From the human T2T-CHM13v2.0 reference genome, Homo sapiens: 64,000 nt of DNA. Made by a program: the position numbers and the translations under genes. The notes beneath the pieces were generated by a model, which saw only the letters and a list, made by a program, of their open reading frames with translations, ran no database searches and was not told the DNA's origin. Below, piece after piece: positions 27,956 to 41,000 of this stretch. Each line of letters opens with the position of its first letter. Position 1 is the stretch's first letter. The stretch lies in the NCBI RefSeq assembly GCF_009914755.1, contig NC_060937.1. The stretch is one strand, 5' to 3'.

Positions 27956-30009
27956 AAAATGAGAACACTTGGACACAGGGTGGAGAACCTCACACACCAG
28001 GGCCTGGCGTGGGGTGGGGTGATGGAGGAAGGATAGCATTAGGAGAAATACCTAATGTAAATGACGAGTTAATGAGTGCAGCAAACCAACATGGCACATG
28101 TTTACATATGTAACAAACCTGTATGTTATGCACATGTACCCTAGAACTTAAAGTATAAAAAAAAACTATAACTTCATGTGAATTTTTGCTTTATATTAAA
28201 ATATGTTAAGAAGAAAAGGCATTCAAGTTCTATTTAAAAATACTAGGTAATATTTACATAATGAATATTGAATGCAAATTAGCCAAAAATTACGAAGATG
28301 GTACAAAATAACAATTTCAAAATTCTCTGCAATTCTAGTATTTAAGTTCTGAATTACTGTATTATTTTATTTTTATTTTCATATTAAATTACACTTTTAA
28401 AAAATATAAATCATCTTCTATTATAGGCACTGGTTCAAGTGCATATAATCCTTCTCTTTTACTAATGGTTTAATTTTGCATAGATCTTAAACTTTGCCTA
28501 TTTTGTGTTTATTTAAATGCTGCTTGTAATACATTTTAGTCATTCTTTTGGAAAAGTAAAATAAGTAAGCTATTCTAAAACTCATGCTTATTTACCAAAA
28601 GTGTTATCTCACAGAGGACACAAAATATCTCTAGTTAGCTCCTTTTGTATAGTTCCTTTAAAATATGGCTGAAAATCCTGCATTTTTTTTTAAACTATGT
28701 GACCACTCCTTTGCAAGAATTTGCAGGGCACATTTTTTCCAGTTCTGCTGTCAGAAAAATCCCCCTTTATGTTTAGCATATCAAGGTTGATTTTTGACGC
28801 AAATGTGCTCATTTTATTTCAGAAATTTCTGCTTATTTTATTGAAATCCATCCTTATCTATAGAAGCCTTGTTCTATTTAATTTTGATAGAAACTTTTCA
28901 AATTAAGCTCTAACTTGGATGATTATATATGATGTTAACAATTATCAATTGCTTGTAATCAATTACTGCCAAGGATAATTTGATGAATTCATACTTCTAA
29001 GAACAGTATTTAAACATTTTGTTCTTCTGATGGCTCATGGCTGTTGTCTTTCCAGCTGTGTTTCACGACATTCACAGCCCTCTTCGCATTAATTTTAATT
29101 TGTTATTTTGATCAATAATACTGAAATCACAGAAATAAAAGCAGCCAGCTTAGTAATAATGACTGTGGACTCTTGATTTGAGCTAATTGTGCCAATTTCA
29201 CACATATACAAATAACCAGGTTAAAAGGAAGTTTGATCCTTTGCCTTATACACAATAAGTATTTAGACAGTGACATCTCATGGTAGAAATTCCTTTGTGT
29301 AACTAACTGATTTTTGTAAGTATTTGCTCTTCTCCACGTCAGGCCTATTTTTTTTTTTTTAATTTTTTGCTTGATTCCTGTAACTTTAGGAACAAAACTT
29401 GGTTATGTTCCCAGACCACAAAGATGCTTCTCTACTTTTATGCCTTTTCTTAGACCGTTTCTCTGCCTGTTTCAAGGAGTGGTCAAATGCTAAAGGTAGT
29501 TCTAAGGAGAAGAAAGATTGAAAGAACATCTAGTTCTCTTGGGTGAACAGATAACTGGTAATTTTTGAAAGGGAAGTGTCCTTCAAAGCCAAAACATTTC
29601 AAAAGTTTCTTAAGAAATTGAGAGTTGGTGATGAAATAAAAGCAGTCCACACACTGTGTGTTTGAAAAATTTGGAAGTAAAAATGAAATACAGGAGAAAG
29701 AAATGAAAGTGTCATGTGAAGATGTTTCAAAGCTTTTCACACTAGAGAGTAAAATGTCAGAGACCAATTGAGAGGGCCAGGTTAAATATTTCACAATGTG
29801 CAGAGATAATTGAAGGAGTTCCCAGAAGATGAAGAAGGAAATAGGATTTGGGAAACTTTGCCTTAAAAGGCAGCAGCACATCAATGCCTCTGAGTATATG
29901 AAGAAGGAAAAGAGAATATTATAAGACTGAAATATTTTGGATGGTGGAGATGTATATTGGGGAACTCATGTCAGTCAAACTTGATTTTATAGTAAAGTAA
30001 AAAAAATAT

Positions 30010-30108
30010 ATGTATGTGTGAGGGAAGGGAGTATATGGAAATCTTGTACCTTCCTCTCAATTTTACTGTGAACTTAAAACTACTCTAAAAATAAAGTCTA
30101 TTAAAAAA
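30010..30108 (+). mobile_element. L1MC-type 3' terminal fragment
   Basis: TATATGGAAATCTTGTACCTTCCTCTCAATTTTACTGTGAACTTAAAACTACTCTAAAAATAAAGTCTATTAAAAAA. Confidence 0.75.
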
Positions 30109-30224
30109 GATGTCATCTTTCTACAATTAATGGTATGAATTCAAGTGTGAGGAAGACAAATTTTTTAAGTAGCTACTGTCAGTATTACAAGGACCCATCC
30201 AGAGGATTAAGAAAATAATTATAA

Positions 30225-30626
<402 letters not shown>

Positions 30627-30749
30627 TAGGAAAAAAAAAAAATCCCAGGAAGACAGTGTGTGTTTTTGTGGACTTGAACTATATTAGTTAATGAACAAAA
30701 TGTATTAAGAGTCAAGAGATGTTAGGGTATTAAGATGTCAATAATGACC

Positions 30750-30965
30750 GATAATTATTGAGCACCTACCATGAGCCAAACACTGTGAAGGCTACTTCAT
30801 AGAACTCATCACCCACCTTGAGAACAATCTGGTGGGAGAAATGTTGTGTTCTCCATAATGCAGATTATTATTATTATTACTTGTAGTAGTATTCAGATAT
30901 TTATTGAGTGCTCACTATGTGGCATCCCTGGCTAAGTGCTTCCTCATAATTAGCTCATTTGATTC
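30750..30965 (-). mobile_element. Two MIR fragments
   Basis: TTATTGAGCACCTACCATGAGCCAAACACTGTG and TTTATTGAGTGCTCACTATGTGGC..CTCATTTGATTC. Confidence 0.6.
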
Positions 30966-32299
30966 AGAGCGTGTGAAGGATGCGCATATTTACTAGGCTC
31001 CATAAAGCACATGACGCTCATTTCAATTCATCTTTACCACAATTGTATTTGGTAGCTATTAATAACTCTGCTTTAAATAAGAGAGCTGAGGACCAGAGTT
31101 ACTCAGTCATTTTGAATTCAGGTGGAGGTTATTTGACTCTAGATGGTGCAATCTTAAATATTATGTGATATTTCTTGAGTACAAAGACAAATTTGCCTGG
31201 CTTTAGATTTCTTACCTCAGAAAAAAAAAGCCAAGGATAAATTGATTGACAATGGACTTTAAGCTAGAAAGGGGGCCAAGTGTTACCGGATCAGAAATAA
31301 AACGGGAAAGTAAAAATTGTTATCTCATTCATATTCAAAAATTTGATAAAATCAGGCTTGGAAAATGTGATTTATTAGGTGTCAAATAATGAAGTTATAC
31401 CTGTGGAGAGTATTAGAAGTGGAACATTGTAATGGATATGTCCAAAGGATTGGTCTTTATCCTCTCAAAGAGCTCTGGTGAAATCAGATGACTATAAGAG
31501 GTTGTACTAAATGGGTTTTGAATTTTCAGAGGATACAAATGGTCAGTGGGATATATCATAGCAGGACAATCCAGATGTTAGTGCTATAATGTCTTATAGT
31601 ATAACATTAGATTAGGCTATTCGAGAAATACTATTAATAGAACTTTCAGGAGGATATTATCCATAGGTTACATAGGCTTTATGAGAATGAAAGTTGAATA
31701 AAGAAAAAAAAAAAGAAACAACCATTGTTATCTTAGACAAGTTGCCTATGTGTTTTTGTTTGTTTCCTTGTATGTTAAAAAAAATAACAATTACCATCAC
31801 TCATGGTTGATGTAACAATTAAAAGACAAAAAGTGAATGGATAATTTATGAAAACTAAAAGAAATGCTTGTCAGGCACAGGCTAAATAGTTCAAGCTTTA
31901 AAATTAAGAAGTATGCTGTTAAGCACTTCAGCTGCCTTAAAAGCTGCAAAACTAAATTGGATTTGTAGGTTTCTCCAAATAGGAATCTTATGAAAATTAA
32001 TATCATCTGCTTTTATTTGACACTTTTTTTTGGATACGCTGTTGCTATGTTTAAAAAGTAACATCTTCATGTATCAGTGAGAGTTGTTTGAGATTAGGGA
32101 GGATTGAGGGATGGATATCATGATCCCAGCTAAAGGGATAAATTTTAGTGGACTATATAGCTCAACAACCTCTGGGCCTGAAGGCAGAGAATGAGATAGA
32201 AAGAGAATGATGTGATTGTAACATAGCAAGAATTTGCCTTAGGTGCTAGGAAATAGACCATTAAGCTCCAGTATGGTACTTCCTTGGTTTAGTGATATA

Positions 32300-32528
32300 A
32301 AATAGATGCCAGAAAACATTTTATATAAAGGACTAGATGGTAAATATTTTAGGCTTTGTGGACCATAAAGTCACTATTGGAACTACTAAGTTGTGCTGTT
32401 ATAGGGTCAAAGCAGCCATAAACAATATGTAAATGAATAAACATGGCTGTGTTTCAATAAAACTTTATTTACAAAAACAGGTGGTGGGCCAGATTTGGCC
32501 TTTGGGTTGTAATTTGATGATCTTACCT
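32300..32528 (+). mobile_element. MER58A hAT-Charlie MITE
   Basis: GTAAATATTTTAGGCTTTGTGG..AAAGCAGCCATAAACAATATGTAAATGAAT..CAATAAAACTTTATTTACAAAAACAGGTGGTGGGCCAGATTTGGCC. Confidence 0.88.
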
Positions 32529-35024
32529 AGTATAAAATAAGAAAATCCACAGTTTCTTGGCAGCTCTGACCTTAGACTTTACATGAGATTTATTCGATCA
32601 AGGGTATCTCTGCATGCCTCCATGAAGAATGAGGGAGGCATAAATGAGTAGAGCCCAATCTTGTGTATAGGCTTATTCATGAATCCTTTGCATAACTGTT
32701 TTGTCATTATTACCAAACTTTAAATCCACAATATGTTCTTATAGCAGTGTTTAGTTAGTATTTGGTAAATACTCCTAAGTGAAAAAAATGTCAATGTTGA
32801 TATCTCAATACTTTTCAAATATTTTCAAAGTTAGTAAATTATAATTTTTTTTCAATAGAATGCTTGAAATGTGAAAGTAATATAACTAGTTATATTTTAG
32901 TTTTAGGTAAACTAGGAGTGGTTCAATGATACAAAACATTAAAACACACATATCCGATGGTTTAGGTATCATTAAGCATCAACTAGTATGTTTCGCATGT
33001 TATCCATCTCACCTACAACTTGTTTTAAAGAACCAACGACGAGCATTTTTGGAGTTATAACTGTGCAGCTCCTGTAATGCAGGCTGAAACACAGGTTTCT
33101 GCACTAAATGAGACAGAAACAGTATGTAAAATTGAAAAAGTGAACACTCTATTTTAGAGTTGGAATCTAAGAACACATTTAGAGACATTGTGTTTCCAAA
33201 GCATTGCCTCCTTCCCAAATTCAGCACAACATGCAAATTAAAGTGTTACAGTTAAACAGAAAAATCTTTACTTAATTAGTAAGATGTAGACATGTATTAA
33301 ATATTAAATTTTATTTCTGGAATGAATAAAGATGTAATAATAATCTATTTGGATTTTCTCATTACCTCCACAGATAACCACATTCATAGACTTAATCTCT
33401 GGCAAAGATTTAATACATGAGGTCAAAAATATATTACTATTATCTTACCCTATTAAAATATTTTAATGTTTGGTGATGTAATCATTTTGATCTTTAAAAC
33501 TTTTTTGTTACTAGTGTGATTACTTAGGAAGACAGGAATAAAAATGATACCTTAAAAATAGCCCTATGAATATTGGTAATCATCTATAGAGGTCATTTCC
33601 AAGTTCCTAATCTCAGGTCTCAATCCTCATTGTAGTCTTGGAAGCTACAAATTGAAGACTGTCCACCTTAAGTAGGAAATATCAATTGAAAAGATTTCTT
33701 TTTCCTTATGTAAGGCTGCTCAGAACAATTAGAATTTCAATTTTCTTTGCTTTTACTTGAATTCAAGTGCCCTCACTAATACGTAATTATTTTCCATGGT
33801 GATTGGAAGCTCCAGTTTATGGCAGTGACTATGTTTTTTAAAAATAGGACATTTGTTTATTTTTTATAAAGCACTTTATTCTGTAGGTTGTAACAGTCCA
33901 CAGAAAGATACAACTCTGGTTTATAGGATTGGCACTTGTACTGCACAATTTTCCGGTGCAATATTCACACCATCCTTTTTCATGATTTCCTGATTTTCTT
34001 CTTTGTGTAGATGTTAAAACTGAAAAGAAATGGTAACACTGTCAGAGCTGAGACTGTAACAAGTCATCCCAATTCTCCATACTCTCTTCAATTTATTGGG
34101 CTTTGCTGTCATATCTGACGTAGACTTCCTACTATGTCAGATAAAGAATATGGTTTCAAGAGATAAAGGAGGATAGCAGTTTTCAGATACATTTTTTCTC
34201 TCCTCACCTTGCTAGATATTTAGGCATATTATTCACCAGAAGACAGTTTATATAAAGGGCTTATGTTTATAACGTTGAAAATATTTTAGTTGTCCAAACC
34301 AGTCTATTCCGTACAGAAGCATTTTTTTAAAAGAGGAAGATGAATAAACTTCTGAGTTCCTGCTGTGAGATTATACAATCACGAAGATTATTATTTAGGT
34401 CAAGTGTCATTTAAAATTGCTAACTTCTTGTTGCTGTGGAATAATACAATTCATTCTGTGTGCTTTTCCAAAACAGCACACTTGGTTGTAGAGTGCATGG
34501 CTACACAAGTGCTTCTATTCTTGAATCTACGACTATTCAAGGCCAGAGGTTTTAAGATTACCTCGGGACTCCTGATTTTACTTGTGCCAACATTATCAGT
34601 ACCAAGAGAGTTGTAGCGTGTTTCCAGAGCTACAAAGAAGGGGCTGCTTGAGGTATTAATTAAAGGTACTTTCTTTGTTTCTGTCCCTTAAATATGAGGT
34701 TCATACCCTGAACCCCTTCACTCCTCACACACATACAATTTACATTCACAGATACAATAAATGATGACTACAATAAAAAGCAATAATGTGCATGCCTCCC
34801 ACACTGAAACAAATTAATTTGACTGTAGAATACTGTGGATTTACAAATAATCTGACAGTCTTATTCCTTTTTTTTATTTCAAGTATGACAAGTAAACTAA
34901 AAAAATTCTCAAATTTTAATTGGAAACATCTGTGTTCTCATGCTAAAGAAACAGGGACATGTGAATAATTTTTCACTTTTATGTACACTGTTAATTTTTT
35001 TAATGAATTTTAAATTTATGATTA

Positions 35025-38020
35025 CCATTATTTTACATTAGCAAATCATAATTGTATTTCTTATGGGATACAATGTGATGTTTTGATATATTTGTACAAT
35101 GTTAGATTAAATCAAGCTATTTCACATGTCCCTCTCCACACTTACTCATCTTTTTTTTTTTTATGGTGAGACTTTTGAAATGTACTCTTAGTTACTTTGA
35201 AATACATGTTATTATTGGCTGTAGCCATCCTGCTGTGCAACAGATCTCAAAACCTATTCCTCCTGTCTGAAATTTTGTTCCCTCTGATCAATAACTCCCC
35301 AATCCTTTCTTCACTTCTCCCCACTCCCTAAGCCTCCACTAACCTTCATTCTACTTTCTACTTCTATGAGTTCAACTTTATTAAATTCCAAATTTGAGTG
35401 AGATCCTGCAGTATTTGTCTCTCTGTGCCTTGCTTATTTCACATAGCATAGTGTCCTCCAGATTCATCCATATTGTCAAAAATGACAGAATTTCCCCCCT
35501 TTTTAAGGCTGAACAATATTCCATTGTGTATATATTACATTTTCTTTATCCATTCATTGGTTGATGAATACTTAAGCTGTTTTCATATCTTGTTTATCGT
35601 GAATAATGCTACAATGAACATAGGAGTGCAAACATCTCATCAAATATGCTGATTTTATCTTCTTTGGATATATCCTGAGAAGTAGGGTTACTGGGTCTTA
35701 CAAAAGTTCTATTTTTACTTTTTAAGGAATATTCATACCATATTCCATAGTGGCGGTACTAATTTACAGAATCAACAACAATGTACGAGTGTTCCCTTGT
35801 CCCCACACCCTCTCCAAAACTTATATTTCATCTTTTTGATAAAAGCCATTCTAACAGGTGTGAGGCGATAGCTCCTGGTGGTTTTAATTTGCATTTTCCT
35901 AATGATGCTGAGCATTTTTTCATGTACCTGTTGGCTATTTGTACATCTTTTTTGAGAAATGTCTGTTTTAGTCGTTTGCTCATTTTCTAAAATTGGGTTT
36001 TATGTTTTCTTGCTTTGAAATGTTTGAGTTCCTTATATATTTTGTATATTAACCCCTTATTAGATGCATTATTTGAAAATATTTTTTCCCATTCTGTGAG
36101 TTATCTGTTCGCTCTGTTGATTATTTGCTGTGCGGAAGGTTTTCAGTTTGATGCAGTCCCATTTTTCTATTTTTGCTTTTGTTGCCTATGCTTTGGGGTC
36201 ACATAAAAAAATTATTGCCCAGACCCATGTTGTGAGGTTTTCCCCCTATATTTTGTACTAATTTTATAGTTTCAGATCTCAATATTTAAGTATTTCATTC
36301 ATTTTGAGTTTATTTTTGTACATTTTGGAAGATAAAGGTCTAATTTCATTCTTCTGCATGTGGATATCCAGTTTTCACAGCACTACTTATTGAAGGAATT
36401 GTCCATTCCCTGTTGTGTGTTCCTGGCACCTTTGTAAGAAAATCAGTTGACCATAAATGCATAGATTTATTCTAGGGTTTCTATCCTGTTCCATTTGTCA
36501 ATGTGTTTGTTTTTATGCCAGTAACATGCTGTCTTGATTACAATTGCTTCATTATATGTTTTGAAATCAGGATATTAATTAACCCCTTTATTATTATGTA
36601 ATAACCTTCCTTGTCTTTTTTATAGTTTTTAACCTAAAGTATATTTTGTGTGATATAAGTATAGTTACACTTTTTAAATAATCCTTATTTCCTTACATTA
36701 ATGCCTAGACAGCGGAGTTGTTTGTCTGGGGTAATACTCGAGGTTCGCTGCTTCATGCCAAGAAAATTGAGAACACGGACCCACAAGGTGTGAGTTTAAA
36801 AGTGGAGGTTTAATGGATGTTGGAAAAGAGAAAAGCTCTCTTTCCTCCGGAGAGAGAGGGACTCCCAAGTGGTTCTTCTGGTTTTGTGGTGAAATGCACA
36901 GAGTTTTATAGACGAGCTTGAGGAGGTGGTGTCTGATTTACATAGGGTCCAAGAGATTGGTCAGACCAGGTGAGACATTTGCATAGCGTGCAAAGAAGCT
37001 GGCCATCCCGCCCTAATCTTCTATTATGCAGATGGGGTCTTTACCTGGACTGTGCCACGTTTCCTGACTTTTTACTGCACATGTGGCGACAAAGAAAAGG
37101 TAAGAGGAATCCTTCATGTTGAACATGCCTGGCACCCAGGTAGCCTTTTCCTATTGGCACAGCTGCCTGCATTTGCCTATGCAAGCTTCCAGCTCGCTTC
37201 TTTATGTCTGTTGCTTGATTTTACGGGCTGCTCTTCCTTAGAAAAGAAATGATTTGGGGGCTGCTTTTTGTTAAAAGTGAAGCATTACAGAGGATTCTCT
37301 TACCCTCACTAACTGCCTAACTAATTTCTTTTTAGCTCCTGTATCACCTGCACATTTAAGGAGATGGCCACTTCTTCCAGCCTTTGTGCATGTTCTTTAG
37401 TGGTGGTGGTAGACCACTACTACTTGGTCTAACCTGAGATTATGGATATGCTGGCTTGTAGCAACACCAGAGAGGCAGACCATGGTGTCAGTTTCTTTAG
37501 TTGGGCTGGGTTGCTTCCTGTGCTCTGAAGTTAAATGGTATTGCTGGCTGTACTCTGTGGTCCAGTGAAATGACTGACTGGACTCTGCCATCAGGTGGAG
37601 CTTCTGGTTGGACTCTGCGGTTGTCTCTAATTGGGTAGGGTTGTAGCTCTTTATTTTTGACTGGGCAGTACTGTTGTTTGAAATCTGGGCAGTACTGTTG
37701 TTTGAAGCCCTGTGGTTGAGCAGGGCTGTGTAATAGACTCTAAGGCTGAGTGAGGTCTCTGGGGTTGTTGCTCAGCCTCAGAGAGTAAATAGGGCCAAAG
37801 AGGTTCTGCTCCACAGACATGTGTGGACTTGATATTGCCTCCTGGCCGAGAGTAGCCTTAAGAAAAACACTGAAGTTTGGTGGAGTCACCACTGTACAGC
37901 TGCACCTAGGAAGGGTCATATTCTCCCTCTGCACGTAATCACTGACCTGCAGTTCCTTCCCAATCTGGAAAAGAATTAATATAAAATTGGAATTTAATTT
38001 GATCCCCTCTCTGTGGGTAG
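35025..38020 (-). mobile_element. L1MA (about L1MA6/7) with large internal deletions, interrupted by an ERV1 LTR
   Basis: L1MA 3' UTR (TACAATGTGATGTTTTGATATA..GATTAAATCAAGCTA), ORF2 3' part to about 36570, a short EN-region piece at 36575-36670, then GC-richer 5'-type sequence at 37347-38020 (least certain part). Confidence 0.75.
36707..37346 (-). mobile_element. ERV1 solo LTR, MER51/LTR49-like
   Basis: Minus strand starts TGATACAGGAGCTAAAAAGAAATTAGTTAGGCAGTTAGTGAGGGTAAGAGAATCC and ends AACCTCGAGTATTACCCCAGACAAAC; about 640 bp. Confidence 0.82.
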
Positions 38021-41000
38021 GGTTGGGTATTGCATTTCTGGGATATATCACAGTTGATCATGTATTATTATTATTTTTTTTTGATGTGCTATTGGATTCA
38101 CTTTGCTAGTATTTTGTTGAGAATTTTTGCATCTATTTTCTTCAGAGATATTGGCCTGTAATTTTCTTTATTTTATCCTTTCTTCTGCTTATTTGGGGTT
38201 TGGGTTTTGCTTTTCTAGTTCTTTGAGTTGTGTTATTAGATTGTTTATTTGAAATTTTTCTACTTTCTTGACTTAGGAATTTATTGTTAAAAACTTCCCT
38301 CTTAGCACTGCTTTTGATATGTCCCATAGGTTTTGGTATGTTGTGTTTAGATTTTCACTTGTTTCAAGAACTTTATTGATTTGCTCCCTAATTTCTTCTT
38401 TGACCCAATAGTTATTTTGGGACATGTTACTTATTTTTTGTGTACTTGTAAAATTTCCAGTGTTTCTCTTGTTATTGCTTTATAGTTTTGTTCCATTGTG
38501 TTCTGAGAAGATACTTGATGTGATTTTGATTTTAAATAATTTGGTGAGTTTTCTTTTGTGTGTGCTAACATATGGTCCATCCTGAAAATGTTCCCTGTTC
38601 TGTTGAGAAGAATGTGTATTCTGTAGCTGTTGGTGGAAATGTTCTGTAATTCTATGTTTGGTTTATTCTGTCTAATGTGAAGTTAAAATTCAACGTTTCT
38701 TTGTTAGTTTTCTGTGTAGGTTATCTGTCTAATGCTGAGAATGGGGTGTTGAGGTTCCCAAGTATTGCTATATTGGAGTCTATCTCCCCCTTTATATCTG
38801 ATAATATTTGCTTTATATATCTGGATATTCCAGTGGTACGTGCACATAGGTTTAGAATTGTTATAACATCTTGCTAAATTGATTCCTTTACCATTATGTA
38901 ATGACCTCCTTTTTCTCTTTTAACTGTTTTTGACTTAAAGTGTTTTATCTGATATAAGTATAGCTAATCCTATTAGCTTTTGGTTTTCATTTGCATGTAA
39001 TATCTTTTCCATCCCTTGAGTTTTAGTCTGTATGTGATTTTTACAAGTGAGATAAGTTTTTTGTAGACAGCATGTAGTTGAGTAATGTTTTTACACCCAT
39101 TCTGTCAGTCTATGTCTTTTAAGGGTAAAGTTTAATCTGTTTACCTACAAGGTTATTATTGACATGTGAAGGCTTCTTTCTACCATTTTATTAATTGATT
39201 TCTGGTTGTTTTGCACATCTTTTTTTTCTTTCTCTTATTGTTATCATTGTGGTTTGGTGGTGTTTTCTAGTGGTAACATTTGATTCTTTACTATTCCTTG
39301 TTTGCATGTTTGCTCTATTATTAGTTCTTATATTTTATGTGTTTTTATGATAGTAGATACTGTTCTTTCTTTTCTAAGCATAGGAGTTCCTTAAACACTT
39401 TTTGTAGGACTGGACTAGTGTTGATACATTCTCTCTGCTTTTGCTTATCTGGGAAAGACTATTTCTCCTTCATTTATGAAGGATAACTTTGCTGGTATGG
39501 TATCCTTGGCTAGCATTTTTTTTTCTTTTTTAGCACTTGGAATATATCATCCCATTCTGCCTTGGGCTGTAAGGTTTCTGCTGAGAAATCCATTTAGTTT
39601 AATGGGGGTTCCTTTATAAGTGACTACACATTTTTCTCTTGCTGGTTTTAGATTTCTCTGTGTTTGACATTAGATAGTTTGATTGTAATGGGTCATGGAG
39701 AAGATGATTTTGAAATATATCTAGTTGGGAATTTCTTAGCTTCCTTTATCTTGATATTTAAATCTCCTGCTAGACTTGAGAAGTTTTCATACATTATTTA
39801 GTTGAATAGGTTTCCTAACTGTTTTATTTTCTCTTCACCTTCTGGGTGACTGAACATTTGAACGTTTGGTTGCTTTATGGGGTTCTATATGTAATATGGG
39901 CTTTGCTTATTCTTTTTTATTCATTTAATTTTTTTTTGCCTGATGGGTTATTTCAAAAAATTTTTCTCTAAGTTTTGAGGTTCTTTGTTCTAGTTGATCT
40001 AGTCTATCGTTGAGCTTTCAAATGTATTTTGTATTTTATTCAATGAATTCTTTATTTCCACAATTCTTGTCCTTTTTAAAAATAATTTCTGTCTCTTTGG
40101 TCAATTCCTGATCGATATCCTGAATTGTTTTTCTGATTTTTTTGGTATTGTTTTTCAGCATCCTCTTGTATCTCACTGAACTTCTTTAACATCAATATTT
40201 TTAATTCTTTTTCTGAGATTTTTTGTAAATTTCTTTTTGTTTAGTATTTGTCATTGGAGTGTGATTGTGTTCCTTTGGAAGTGTCATATTTCCTTAACCT
40301 TTCATGTTTCCTGTTGTTCTCACATTGATATCTGCATACCTGTTGTAATAATCACTTCTTCTAATTGTTTAAATGTGTTTTCAAAGTGGAGGACATTTTC
40401 CTGAATACGTATCTATGGTGTTGGTTGGGTAGTACACTTTGGCTTTGATTCTGGGTTTTTCCAGTAGTACAGTCTTTGTATGATATCTTCAGCTATAAAC
40501 AACATCATTCGTATCTGTGCTTTCCTTGGTGAGTTAGGCTGCGGTTGTTACAGGAGGGTGTGGTGAAGTTTTGCTGGGTACTAGGATGCCAGTTGGGCCA
40601 GTCTTTGGGTCCCAGTGGTGGCAGTGGTAGACTGAATGTGCCTGTACTTGAAGCCCTGGATGGCATATGCTGGAACTGCTGCTAATGGGTCCAGACAGGC
40701 TGATTCTTGAGCCTCCATGTGGCTTGCTTAGATGTCAAAAATGACAGCAATTGCCTGAGTGAGTAGGCAGGTTCTCAGGTCCCAGGGAAGCAGGTCTGGT
40801 GTAGGCAGTGGCAGCAGCAGTGGTAGTACAACCCTCTGATCCCAAGCAGTCCACACAGGTATTGTTGGTGGCTACAATGGACTGTGCAGGCCAGTCCCCA
40901 AGCCCACAGATAATTCATTTGTGTGAGTGCCAGGTATGATGGTAGCAATAGGTTGAGTGGACCCAAGCTTAAACCCTGGAAGGAGTGCTCATTTGCCAAT

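Noticed and set aside
29483-29884. 133-aa minus-strand ORF
   Set aside because: F/L/S-rich translation of the complement of a purine-rich, probably L2-derived tract; no recognisable homology.
34011-34036. Strong plus-strand acceptor followed by DVKTEKKW-stop, resembling a terminal exon
   Set aside because: There is no upstream coding exon to join and no recognisable protein match.
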